DNA from: Squalus acanthias
Lineage: Eukaryota
Assembly: GCA_030390025.1 (NCBI GenBank)
Contig: CM059438.1
Span: forward strand, 56,422,001-56,486,000
DNA length: 64,000 nt
Direction of reading: 5' to 3'
In this document: one piece after another, positions 38,525 through 50,220 of the stretch
How positions within the stretch are numbered: position 1 is the first letter of the stretch
How the letters are laid out: each line of letters opens with the position of its first letter
Notes under the pieces: generated by a model
What the model was told of the DNA's origin: nothing
Databases searched by the model: none
The model's input: only the letters and a program-made list of their open reading frames with translations
Made by a program: the position numbers and the translations under genes

Positions 38525-39445
38525 TAACACCATCACTAACATTAACACCATCAGTAAACCAGTCACTAACATTAACACCATCAGTAAACCAGTCACTAAC
38601 ATTAACACCATCAGTAAACCAGTCACTAACATTAACACCATCAGTAAACCAGTCACTAACACTAACACCATCAGTAAACCAGTCACTAACACTAACACCA
38701 TCAGTAAACCAGTCACTAACACTAACACCATCAGTAAACCAGTCACTAACACTAACACCATCAGTAAACCAGTCACTAACACTAACACCATCAGTAAACC
38801 AGTCACTAACACTAACACCATCAGTAAACCAGTCACTAACACTAACACCATCAGTAAACCAGTCACTAACATTAACACCATCAGTAAACCAGTCACTAAC
38901 ACTAACACCATCAGTAAACCAGTCACTAACATTAACACCATCAGTAAACCGGTCACTAACATTAACACCATCAGTAAACCAGTCACTAACATTAACACCA
39001 TCAGTAAACCAGTCACTAACACTAACACCATCAGTAAACCAGTCACTAACACTAACACCATCAGTAAACCAGTCACTAACACTAACACCATCAGTAAATC
39101 AGTCACTAACACTAACACCATCAGTAAACCAGTCACTAACACTAACACCATCAGTAAACCAGTCACTAACACTAACACCATCAGTAAACCAGTCACTAAC
39201 ACTAACACCATCAGTAAATCAGTCACTAACACTAACACCATCAGTAAACCAGTCACTAACACTAACACCATCAGTAAACCAGTCACTAACACTAACACCA
39301 TCAGTAAACCAGTCACTAACATTAACACCATCAGTAAACCAGTCACTAACACTAACACCATCAGTAAACCAGTCACTAACACTAACACCATCAGTAAACC
39401 AGTCACTAACACTAACACCATCAGTAAACCAGTCACTAACACTAA
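38525..39445. repeat. 30-bp minisatellite CACTAACA(C/T)TAACACCATCAGTAAACCAGT (about 30 copies)
   Basis: Nearly perfect tandem array. Confidence 0.97.
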
Positions 39446-40981
39446 TACAATCACTAACAGGGCACAGAATGCACTCTGGGTGGGGGACTTCAATATCCAA
39501 CACAAGTGTGACTCGGTAGCACCACTACTGACCGAACTGGCCGAGTCCTGAAGGACATAGCCGCTGCCAGACTGGGCCTGTGGCAGGTGGTGAGAGAACC
39601 AACAAAAGGGAATAACCTACTTGACCTCGTCCTCACCAATCTACCTGTCGCAGATGCATCTGTCCCTGACAGCATTGGTAGCAGTGACCACCGCACAGTC
39701 CTTGTGGAGACAAAGTCCCGTCTTCACAATGAGGACACCCTCCATCATGTTGTGTGGCACTACCACCTTGCTAAATGGGATAGAGTCAGACCAGATCTAG
39801 CAGCTCAAAACTGGACATCCATGGGCCATCAGCAGCAGCAGAATTGTATTCCATCACAATCTCTAACCTCATGGCCTGGCATATCCCTCACTCTACCGTT
39901 ACCATCAAGCCTGGGGACCAATCCTGGTTCAATGAGGAATGTAGAAGAGCATGCCAGGAGCAGCACCAGGTGTACCTAAAAATGACATGCTAACCTGGGG
40001 AAGCCGCAACACAGGACGACATGCATGCTAAACAGCAGAAGCAACCTGCAATAGACAGAGCTAAGCGATCCTGCAATCAATGGATCAGATCAAAGCTCTG
40101 CAGTCCTGCCACATCTAGTCGTGAATGGTGGTGGACCATTAAACAACTAACGGGAGGAGGGGGGTTCCATGAATATCCCCATCCTCAATGATGGTGGAGC
40201 CCAGCACGTGAGTGCAAAAGACAAAGCTGAAGCGTTTGAAACAATCTTCAGCCGGAAGTGCTGAGTGGATGATCCATCTTGGCCTCCTCCTGAGGTCCCC
40301 ACCATCACAGAAGCCAGTCGTCAGCCAATTCGATTTACTCCTCGTGATATTGAGAAATGGCTGAGAGCACTGGATACAGCAAAGGCTATGGGCCCCGACA
40401 ACATCCCGGCTGTCATGCTGAAGACTTGTGCTCCAGAACTAGCCGCGCCTCTAGCCAAGCTGTTCCAGTACAGCTACAATACTGGCATCTGTCCGACAAT
40501 GTGGAAAATTGCCCAGGTATGTCCTGTCCACAAAAAGCAGGACAAATCCAATCCAGCCAATTACCGCCCCATCAGTCTACTCTCAATCATCAGCACAGTG
40601 ATGGTATGTGTCGTCGACAGTGCTATCAAGCGGCACTTACTCACCAATAACCTGCTCACGGATGCTCAGTTTGGGTTCCACCAGGACCACCCGGCTCCAG
40701 ACCTCATTACAGCCTTGGTCCAAACATGGACAAAAGAGCTAAATTCCAGAGGTGAGGTGAGAGTGACTACACTTGACATCAAGGCACCATTTGACCAAGT
40801 GTGGCATCAAGGAGCCCGAGTAAAATTGAGGTCAATGGGAATCAGGGGGAAAACTCTCCACTGACTGGAATCATACCTAGCACAAACGAAGATGGCTGTG
40901 GTTGTTGGAGCCTAATCATCTCAGCCCCAGGACATCGCTGCAGGAGTTCCTCAGGGCAGTGTCCCAGGCCCAAACATCTTC

Positions 40982-41458
40982 ATAACAACATTAGAATTCG
41001 AAGCAAGAGTAGGCCATAAGGCCCCTCGAGCCTACTCCACCATTCAATAAGATCATGGCTGACCTTCGTCATCAACTCCACTTTCCCGCCCGATCCCCAT
41101 ATCCCTTGATTACCCTAGAGTCCAAAAATCTATCGATCTCAGCCTTAAATATGCTTAATGATTCAGCATCCACAGCCCTTTGAGGTAGAAAATTCCAAAG
41201 ATTCACAACCCTCTGAGTGAAGAAATTCCTCCTCATCTCTGTCTTAAATGGCCGACAACTTATCCTGAGACTATGCCCCCTAGTTCCAGACACTCCAGCC
41301 AGGGGAAACAACCTCTCAGCATTTACCCTGTCAATCCCCCTCAGAATCTATATGTTTCACTGAGATCATCTCTCATTCTTCTAAACTCCAGAGAATATAC
41401 GCCTAATTCAGTCAATCTCTCCTCATAGGACAACCCTCACATCCCAGGAATCAATCTA
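40982..41458 (-). mobile_element. CR1 3' fragment nested in LINE A
   Basis: Minus-strand TRGHSLRI...FFTQRVVNLWNFLP...GYGDRAGKWS; interrupts LINE A at CCCAAACATCTT|...|AGCTTCTTCATCAAT. Confidence 0.9.
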
Positions 41459-42218
41459 GCTTCTTCATCAATTACTTTCCCTCCATCATAAGGTCAGATG
41501 TGGAGATGTTCGCTGATGATTGCACAGTGTTCAGTTCCACTCACAACTCCTCAGATAATGAAGCAGTCCGTGCCAGCATGCAGCAAGACCTGGATGACAT
41601 TCAGGCTCAAGCTGATAAGTGGCAAGTTACATTCGCACCACACAAGTGCCAGGCAATGACCATCTCCAACAAGAGAGAGTCTAACCACCACCCTTTGACA
41701 TTCAACAGCATTACCATCGCCGAATCCCCCAACATCAACGTCCTGGGGGTCACCATTGACCAGAAACTAATCTGGACCAGCCTTAGATACTGTGGCTACA
41801 AGAGCAGGTCAGAGGCTGGGTATTCTGTGGTGAGTATCTCACCTCCTGACCACCCAAAGCCTTTCCACCATCTACTAGGCACAAGTCAGGAGTGTGATGG
41901 AATACTCTCCACTTGCCTGGATGAGTGTAGCTCATGAGATGATGTAGGAGGGAGGGCTTTAGATTCCTGAGGCATTGGGACCATTTCTGGGGGAGGTGGG
42001 ACCTGTACAAGCCAGACGGATTGCACCACAACAGGACCGGGACCAATATCCTCGTGGCGGGGTTTGCTAGTGCTGTTGGGGAGGGTTTAAACTAGCTTGA
42101 CAGGGGGATGGGAACCTGAGAGTGGATTCTGAAGGGAGAGAGGGAGGAAGGCAGAAAATTAGTAAGCGAGTTTGGTAGGCAGAGGAAACAAAGGCTATAA
42201 AATAAACAACAAAGGAGT

Positions 42219-43860
42219 TTGGCAGTGCTAAATGGTATATACTGCAATGCAAGAAGTCTAGGGAATAAAGCAGATGAGCTGAGGGCACAGATACACACAT
42301 GGGAGTATGATATTATAGCTATTACTGAGCCATGGCTGAAAGAAGGGCAGGAATGGCAGCTCAACATTCCTGGTTACAGGGTTTTCAGACGAGATAGAGA
42401 GGGGGATAAAAAAGGAGGGGGGGTCGCAATATTGATTAAAGAAACAATTACAGCTGTGAGGAGGGAGGATATCTTAGAAGGATCATCAAATGAGGCCATA
42501 TGGGTTGAACTGAAAAACAGAAAATGGACAATCACGTTGCTGGGAGTGTACTATAGACCCCCAAACAGTCAGAGGGAGATGGAAGAGCAAATATGTAGGC
42601 AAATTTCTGAGACGTGCAAAAATAGGGCAGCAATAGTAGGGGATTTCAACTTCCCTAATATTAACTGGGATAAAATTAGTGTGAAAGGTTTAGAGGGAGC
42701 AGAATTCTTAAAATGCATTCAGGAGAACTTTTTTAGCCAGTACGTAGCAAGCCCAACAAGAGAGGGGGCGGTTCTGGACCTAGTTTTAGGGAATGAAGCT
42801 GGGCAGGTGGAAAGGGTATCAGTGGGAGAGCATATTGGTGGTAGTGATCATAATTCAGTTAGATTTAGCATAGTTATGGAAAAGGACAAGGATAGACCAG
42901 GAATAAAAGTTCTCAATTGGGGAAAAGCTAATTTTACTAAGCTGAGATGTGATTTAGCCAAAGTGGATTGGAAACAGAAACTTGAAGGTAAATCAGTGTC
43001 AGAGCAGTGGGAGGCATTCAAGGAGGAGATAGTGAGGGTTCAGAGCAAGTATGTTCTCTTAAAAAAAAAGGGTGGGACTAACAAATCTAGAGCTCCCTGG
43101 ATGTCAAGGGGCATACAGGGAAGGATAAAGAAAAAACGGGACGCTTATGACAGATACCATGGACTCAATATTGCAGAAACCCTAGAGGAGTATAGAAAGT
43201 GCAGGGGTGAAATCAAAAAGGAAATTAGGAAAGCAAAGAGAGGGCATGAAAAAATATTGGCAAGTAAAATCAAGGAAAACCCAAAGATATTTTATAAATA
43301 CATTAAGAGCAAGAGGATAACTAAAGTAAGAGTAGGGCCTAGTAGGGACCATAAAGGTAACCTGTGTGTGGAGGCGAAAGACATGGGTATGGTTCTCAAT
43401 GAATACTTTGCGTCTGTTTTCACAAAAGAGAGGGACGATGCAGACATTGCAATCAGGGAGGAGGAGTGTGAAATATTAGATGAAATAAACATAGTCAAAG
43501 AGGAAGTATTAAGGGGTTTAACATCTTTGAAAGTGGATAATTCCCCAGGCCCAGATGAAATGTATCCCAGACTATTAAGAGAAGTAAGAGAGGAAATAGC
43601 AGGGGCTCTGACCATCATTTTCCAATCCTCTCTGGCTATAGGTGTGGTGCCAGAGGACTGGAGGACTGCTAACGTGGTACCGTTGTTTAAAAAGGGAGAA
43701 AGGGATAGACCGAGTAATTACAGGCCAGTCAGCCTAACCTTGGTGGTGGGAAAATTATTGGAAAAAATTCTGAGGGACAGGATAAATCTTCATTTAGAAA
43801 GACACGGATTAATCAAGGACAGTCAGCATGGATTTGTTAAGGGAAGGTCGTGTCTAACTA
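42219..43860 (+). pseudogene. CR1 ORF2 N-terminal part (APE endonuclease and start of RT)
   Basis: Open frame up to QHGFVKGRSCLT, where the Penelope insertion begins. Confidence 0.92.
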
Positions 43861-46063
43861 CGATAGCAAAATACTGCGGATGCTGGAAATCTGAAATAAC
43901 AACAGAAAACGCTGGAAAAACTCAGCAGGCCAGGCAGCATCCGTGGAGAGAGAAAGAGAGTTAACGTTTCAGGTCGATGACCTTTCGTCAGAACTGTGAA
44001 GAGCCGGAAATCAAATAGATTTAAGGCCAGAATAAAGCTGGGAAAAGGGGGAGGGGATAAAAGAACAAAGGGGGAGATGAAGAGACATTAAGAGACATTA
44101 AGAGATATGCAAGGCTAGAGGTGGTGTTAATGTGACAGATTAAGGCTGAAAGAAGTGTGAAATCCACTGGCAGAATGAAGGACAGCTGCCAGCTTCTAGG
44201 AGGAAAAAAAAGGTGGGGGGGGGGCAAATAAAAGGGTGGAAAAAATAAAATATAAATGTGATTGGAGCTGAGGTTATGATCTAAAATTGTTGAACTCGAT
44301 ATTGAGTCCAGAGGGCTGTAGCGTGCCTAAACGAAAGATGAGGTGCTGTTCCTCGAGCTTACGCTGCGCTTCCGTGGAACAGTGTAATAGGCCGAGGACG
44401 GTGAGGTCAGAGTGGGAGTGAAGCGGTGAATTAAAGTGACAGGCCACCGGGAGCTCGGGGTCCCCCTTACGGACTGAACGGAGGTGTTCCGCAAAGCGGT
44501 CACCCAATCTGCGTTTGGTCTCCCCAATGTAGAGGAGACCACATCGTGAGCAGCGAATACAGTATACTAAATTGCAGGAAGTACAAGTAAATCGCTGTTT
44601 CACCTGGAAGGGGTGTTTGGGGCCCTGGACAGTGGGAAGAGGGGAGGTGTAAGGGCATGTGTTGCATCTCCTGCGCGTGCACGGGAAGGTGCCGGGCGAA
44701 GGGGAAGGGGTGCTGGGGGTGGTAGAGGAGTGGACTAGGGTGTCGCGGAGGGAGCGGTCCCTGCGGAATGCTGAAAGGGGAGGTGAGGGGAAGATGTGTT
44801 TGGTGGTGGGATCACGCTGGAGGTGGCGGAAATGGCGGAGGATGATCCGTTGAATGTGGAGGCTGGTGGGGTGAAAGGTGAGGACAAGGGGAACCCTATC
44901 GTGGTTCCGGGAGGGAGGGGCAGGGGTGAGGGCAGAAGTGCGGGAGATAGAACGGACACGGTCGAGGGCCGTGTCGACCACGGTAGAGGGGAATCCTCGG
45001 TTGAGGAAAAAGGAAGACATGTCGGAAGCACTGGTATGGAAGGTGGCATCATCAGAGCAGATGCGGCGGAGACGGAGAAACTGGGAGAATGGAATAGAGT
45101 CCTTACAGGAGGCGGGGTGGGAGGAAGTGTAGTCCAGGTAGCTGTGGGAGTCAGTGGGCTTGTAGTGAATGTTAGTCAATAACCTATCCCCAGAGATGGA
45201 GATGGAGAAGTCGAGGAAGGGAAGGGAAGAGTCGGAGATGGACCATGTGAAGGTGAGGGAAGGGTGGAAATTGGAAGCATAGTGAATTAAATGTTCTAGT
45301 TCAGGGCGAGAGCAGGAGACGGCACCGATACAGTCATCAATGTACCGGAAAAAGAGGTGAGGGAGGGGACCCGAGTAGGACTGGAACAAAGAGTGTTCCA
45401 CATATCCCATGAAAAGGCAGGCATAGCTAGGACCCATGCGGGTACCCATAGCAACACCTTTAATTTGGAGGAAATGGGTAGAGTCAAAGGAGAAGTTGTT
45501 CAATGTGAGAACAAGTTCAGCCAGGCGGAGGAGGGTGGTGGTGGATGGGGACTGGTTGGGCCTCTGTTCAAGGAAGAAGCGGAGCGCCCTCAGGCCATCC
45601 TGGTGGGGAATGGAGGTGTAGAGGGATTGTACGTCCATAGTGAAGAGGAGACGGTTGGGGCCGGGAAACTGGAAACTGTTAAAATGGCGGAGGGCATCGG
45701 AAGAGTCGCGGATGTAGGTGGGAAGAGACTGGACAAGGGGAGAAAAAATAGAGTCGAGATAGGAAGAGATAAGTTCCGTGGGGCAAGAACAGGCTGAAAC
45801 GATGGGTCTACCGGGGCAGTCCTGTTTGTGGATCTTGGGAAGGAGGTAGAAGCGGGCTGTGCGCGGTTGGGGAACTATGAGGTTGGCGGCCGTGGGGGGA
45901 AGATCTCCAGAGGAGATGAGGTCAGTGACGGTCTTGGACACGGTGGCTTGATGTTCAGTAGTGGGGTCATGGTCCAGGTGGAGGTAGGAGGAGGTGTCAG
46001 AGAGTTGGCGTTCAACTTCCGCTAGGTAGAGGTCGGTTCGCCAAACAACAACAGCGCCACCCT
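43861..46063 (-). mobile_element. 5'-truncated Penelope-like element (Neptune type)
   Basis: RT plus GIY-YIG ORF; TAACTA duplicated at 43855-43860 and 46064-46069; terminal hammerhead motif. Confidence 0.93.
43959..43995 (-). ncRNA. Minimal hammerhead ribozyme motif
   Basis: Minus strand AGTT CTGACGA A AGGTC ATC GACCT GAAACGTT AACT: CUGANGA and GAAA cores, a 5-bp stem II, a palindromic AACGTT stem III, and AGTT/AACT stem I. Confidence 0.8.
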
Positions 46064-46064
46064 T
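44274..46064 (-). CDS. Penelope-like RT and GIY-YIG endonuclease (N-terminally truncated, open frame)
   Basis: KGG (end of the DKG motif), LPKIHK, RPIVS, DVQSLY, GVAMG, RYIDD, FLD, linker CTRRRCNTC, VYCIRCSRCGLLYIGET...RFAEH, GLN. Confidence 0.93.
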   Translation of the reverse strand, partial: KGGAVVVWRTDLYLAEVERQLSDTSSYLHLDHDPTTEHQATVSKTVTDLISSGDLPPTAANLIVPQPRTARFYLLPKIHKQDCPGRPIVSACSCPTELISSYLDSIFSPLVQSLPTYIRDSSDALRHFNSFQFPGPNRLLFTMDVQSLYTSIPHQDGLRALRFFLEQRPNQSPSTTTLLRLAELVLTLNNFSFDSTHFLQIKGVAMGTRMGPSYACLFMGYVEHSLFQSYSGPLPHLFFRYIDDCIGAVSCSRPELEHLIHYASNFHPSLTFTWSISDSSLPFLDFSISISGDRLLTNIHYKPTDSHSYLDYTSSHPASCKDSIPFSQFLRLRRICSDDATFHTSASDMSSFFLNRGFPSTVVDTALDRVRSISRTSALTPAPPSRNHDRVPLVLTFHPTSLHIQRIILRHFRHLQRDPTTKHIFPSPPLSAFRRDRSLRDTLVHSSTTPSTPSPSPGTFPCTRRRCNTCPYTSPLPTVQGPKHPFQVKQRFTCTSCNLVYCIRCSRCGLLYIGETKRRLGDRFAEHLRSVRKGDPELPVACHFNSPLHSHSDLTVLGLLHCSTEAQRKLEEQHLIFRLGTLQPSGLNIEFNNFRS

Positions 46065-46069
46065 AACTA

Positions 46070-47233
46070 ACTTGATTGAATTTTTTGAGGAGGTAACAAG
46101 GAGGGTCAATGAGGGTAGTGCGTTTGATGTAGTCTATATGGATTTTAGCAAGGCTTTTGATAAGGTCCCGAATGGCAGACTGGTCACAAATGTAAAAGCC
46201 CATGGGATCCAAGGCAAAGTGGCGAGTTGGATCCAAAATTGGCTCAGAGGCAGGAAACAAAAGGTACTGGTCGAAGGATGATTTTGTGACTGGAAGGCTG
46301 TTTCCAGTGGGGTTCCGCAGGGCTCAGTACTGGGTCCTTTGTTTTTTGTGGTATATATCAATGATTTGGACTTGAATGTAGGAAGTATGATTAAGAAGTT
46401 TGCAGATGATACAAAAATTGGCTATGTGGTTGATAATGAAGAAGAAAGCTGCAGACTGCAGGAAGATATCAATGGACTGGTCAGATGGGCAGAACTGTGG
46501 CAAATGGAATTCAATCTGGAGAAGTGTGAGGTAATGCATTTGGGGAGGACTAACAAGGCAAGGGAATACACTATAAATGGTAGGACACAGAAGTGCAGAA
46601 GATCAGAGGGATCTTGGAGTGCATGTCCACAAATCCCTGAAGGTAGCAGGACAGGTAGATAAGGTGGTTAATAAGGCATACGGGATATTTGCCTTTATTA
46701 GCCGAGGCTTAGAATATAAGAGCAGGGAGGTTATGCTTGAACTGTATAAAACACTAGTTAGGCCGCAGCTAGAATACTGCGTGCAGTTCTGGTCAGCACA
46801 TTACAGGAAGGATGTGATTGCACTAGAGGGGGTACAGAGATTTACGAGGATGTTGCCTGGGCTGGGGAATTTTAGCTATGAGGAAAGATTGGATAGGCTG
46901 GTATTGTTTTCTTTGGAACAGAGGAGGCTGAGGGGAGACCTAATTGAGGTGTATAAAATTATGAGGGGCCTAGATAGAGTGGATAGGAAGGACCTATTTC
47001 CCTTAGCAAAAGGGTCAATAACCAGGGGGCACAGATTTAAAGTAATTGGTCAGAGGTTTAGAGGGGATTTGAGGGGAAATGTTTTCACCCAGAGGGTGGT
47101 GGGTGTCTGGAACTCACTGCCTGAAAGGGTGGTAGAGGCAGAGACCCTCATCACATTTAAAAAGTACTTGGATATGCACTTGAAGTGCCGTAACCTACAA
47201 GGTTACGGACCAAGTGCTGGAAAGTGGGATTAG
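46070..47233 (+). pseudogene. CR1 ORF2 C-terminal part (RT), with a frameshift near 46590
   Basis: NLIEFFEEVT...DFSKAFDKV...KFADDTK...LVRPQLEYC...GYGPSAGKWD. Confidence 0.9.
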
Positions 47234-47974
47234 GCTGGACAGCTCTTTGTCAGCCGGCACGGACAAGATGGGCCGAATGGCCTCCTTCTGTGCTGTAAAT
47301 TTCTATGATTCTATGATATGATTCCAACAACACTCAAGAAGCTCGACACCATCCAGGACAAAGCAGCCCGCTTGATTGGCACCCCATCCACCACTTTAAA
47401 CATTCACTCCCTTCACCACCGGCGTACCGTGGCTGCAGTGTGTACCATCTACAAGATGCACTGCAGCAACTCGCCAAGGCTTCTTCAACAGTACCTCCCA
47501 AACCCGCGACCTCTGCCACCTAGAAGGACAAGGGAAGCATGTGTATGGGATCACCATCACCTCCAAGTTCCCCTCCAAGTCACACACCATCCTGACTTGG
47601 AAATATATCGCTGTTCCTTCATTGTCAGGGGTCAAAATCCTGGAACTCCCTCCCTAACAGCACTGTGGGAGTACCTTCACCACACAGACTGCAGCGGTTC
47701 AAGAAGGCGGCTCAGCACCAACTTCTGAAGGGCAATTAGGGATGGGTAATAAATGCTGGCCTTGCTAGCGACGCCCACATCCAAGGAACGAATATAAAGA
47801 AACACTGACAGCTTCACTAATACAGTCACTAATATTAACACCATCATCAAAACACTCACTAACACCGTCATTAACACCATAGCTAACATCATCACTAATA
47901 CTAATACCGTCACCAACAATCACACAGTCACTAACACCGCCACTAACACTAAAATCAGCACTGACACTAACACC

Positions 47975-48570
47975 ATAAGAATAAAGAGCAGGAGTAGGCC
48001 AAAGGCCCCTCGAGCCTGCTCCGCCATTCAATAAGATCAGGGCTGATCTTCGACCTCAGCACCACTTTCCCGCCCGATCCCCATATCCCTTGACTTCCTT
48101 AATGCCCAAAAATCTATCGATCTGTGTTGAATATACTCATCAACTATGTATCCACAGCCGTTTGGGGTAGAGAATTCCAAATATTCACAACCCTCTGAGT
48201 GAAAAAATTTCTCCTAAATCTCAATCCTAAATGGCCGTCCCCTTATTCTGAGACTGTGCCCCCTAGTTCTAGACTCTCCAGCCAGGAGAAACAGCCTCTC
48301 ACCATCTACCCTGTCAAGGCTGCTAAGAATTTTATACGTTTCAAAGAGATCACCTCTCATTCTTCTAAACTCCAGAGAATATAGGCCCAATCTACTCAAT
48401 CTCTCCTCACAGGACAACCCTCTCACCCCAGGAATCAATCGTGAACCTTCGTTTACTCCCTCTATGGCAAGTATATCCTTCCTTAGGTATGGAGACCAAA
48501 ACTGTACACAGTAACTCCAGGTGTGGTCTCACCAAAGCCCTGTACAATTGTAGCAGATTTCCTTACTCTT
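47975..48570 (-). mobile_element. CR1 3' fragment
   Basis: Minus-strand LVRPHL...IPGVRGLSCEERL...TRGHSLRI plus the 3' UTR. Confidence 0.88.
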
Positions 48571-48633
48571 ATATAAAAACTGGAAATACTGAGCAGGTCA
48601 GACAGCATCTGTGGAGAGAGAAACAGAGTTTAT

Positions 48634-49376
48634 GGCCCAGAAATTGATCTCGCTCTGTTCCCGCGGGGGTAAGGCTTCCCCGCGATCTCTCACTCCGCGT
48701 TGGCTTTTTCAGATCCAGCTCGCACGAACTTGATGTTCCAGACATCAGCTGGGCAGTGCTTGCGTATCCCACCGGCGTAGTGAATTCGTGCGAGCTGTGG
48801 GATCACGTGACTCAGTTAGAGCCAATGGCAGCACACCATCTTCCATTCATAAGTTTCACATACGTGCTGTGAAATCTATGAATCTTACACCCCCCAAAAT
48901 AACAGCTAAACCTCAATTAAATTTTAAAAAAAACCCATCACATTAATAAAATAAGTATAGTTAAATAAATTAACCATTTTAAATAAAAAATTAAATTTTT
49001 GAAAAAATTTAAAATCTTTTAAAAAGTTATAAAAATAAACTTACCTGTCTTTAAAGTCTCTAAAAAAGATATACCTGTTAAAAAAAATTCAAAAAAATAC
49101 TTAATTCACTACTTACCTTGTTAAAAGTGGGTCTTACTCCTCCTTTTTCCATTTCTAAAATCTTCCGTCCTTACCTGCGCGTCCAAAGCACGAAGTGCAT
49201 AGCGTGCACGCAGCCTGTGGCGCGCACGCGATGCACCGAGGAACCGCCCCCTTTTCAAAAGACCAAGTGCCGGTTTTCAGCGCATGCGCAGGGCATGCAG
49301 AAAACCGGCAATTGGAGAGAGAATACGCGAGAGTACGCAGTGCGTACTCTCGCGCAGCGGGATGAATTTTTGGCCC
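48634..49376. mobile_element. Non-autonomous PIF/Harbinger-type MITE 1
   Basis: Imperfect TIRs GGCCCAGAAATTGATC / GATGAATTTTTGGCCC; flanking TAT/AAT; removing it restores the host repeat. Confidence 0.78.
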
Positions 49377-49491
49377 AATGTTTCAGGTCGATGATTTTCC
49401 ATCAGAACTGTAAAATGTTAGAGATATAACAGGTTTTAAGCAAGTAGAGAGGCAGGGAAACCGGGGAGGGGAGGAAAGAACAAAACAGAAG

Positions 49492-50220
49492 GAGGGGGAA
49501 ATTCGGTTGCTTTGCACCTCCCGTTAGCACCCCAAGGGGGCGCTAACAGGGCGCATAGCACCTAGTGCCCGGGCGCGCCACCGCTAACGCCTCCCGCGAA
49601 ATTCAGTGGAAGGTTAGCGGCGGCGGTAGCCGGTAGCGCCCCACGGCGCTGCGCCTCCGGCGATGACGTCGTCACCGTGCGCAGCGCCCCAGCCGCACAC
49701 TTGGCTCGCGCCCCCTGACCTACTGCTGGACGCTGTGTCCGACAGGGTCAGGGGGGCGTTTTTCCAGCTGGGGCGGCGCAAATTAAAGGGCAGGTGCCGG
49801 GTGGCCATTTTTTTTGGGCCGCCTGCCAGCACCTGCCCCCTCTCGCCTCCTCCTGCGGGGTGCCGGCCGCGTTCGGTCAGTCTAGCACTCCTCTTGAGTG
49901 CCGGGCTCTTTTGCTGGTACCCCGCTCCCCGGTGGTCCAGCAGGGTCCCGGTGCGCGCTGCGCTAGGCCCCTCCCCTTTAATCAGAGGCAGGAGGCCTGC
50001 AGTACCGCGGCGCTATGTGCCGATGCGCGTGGTACTGCTGCACGTAGCACCGTGATATTGAATGGGAGCGCCCCAAGAGGGAGGGGGAGCGCACCAGTAG
50101 CGCCCCGCCTCCTGCTTGGGTCCCTACCATTCAATTTCGGGTGCGGGGGCGCTAACTTTTTCAGGGCGCTAAACCAGCGAAGTTATCGCCCCAAAGGGGG
50201 CGCGAGCCAATTTTTGCCCC
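49492..50220. mobile_element. Non-autonomous Harbinger-type MITE 2
   Basis: Ends GGGGGAAATTCGG / CCAATTTTTGCCCC; the left ~100 bp resemble the left end of the 50476 element (CCTCCCGTTAGC). Confidence 0.75.

Larger units (their letters stand above)
41934..47320 (+). mobile_element. Long CR1 LINE (ORF1 esterase end, complete ORF2 span, 3' UTR) interrupted by Penelope
   Basis: ORF1 end DLYKPDGLH (SGNH-esterase-like); APE endonuclease motifs NARSL, YRPP, GDFN, SDH; RT motifs DFSKAFD, GVPQGS, FADD; (TTCTATGA)n tail. Confidence 0.95.
39465..47792 (+). mobile_element. LINE family A (endonuclease end to 3' tail), split by nested insertions: pieces 39465-40981, 41459-41933, 47321-47792
   Basis: GDFN, LDLVLTN, SDH, GPDNIP, NYRPISLL and MFADD motifs are collinear across the pieces; tail at 47736-47792. 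Confidence 0.9.

Noticed and set aside
38468..39519. Hydrophobic 345-aa or mucin-like 337-aa ORFs
   Set aside because: A 30-bp perfect minisatellite stays in frame trivially.
44274..46109. Complete 611-aa ORF
   Set aside because: The first 15 residues come from antisense CR1 sequence; the real ORF is 5'-truncated.
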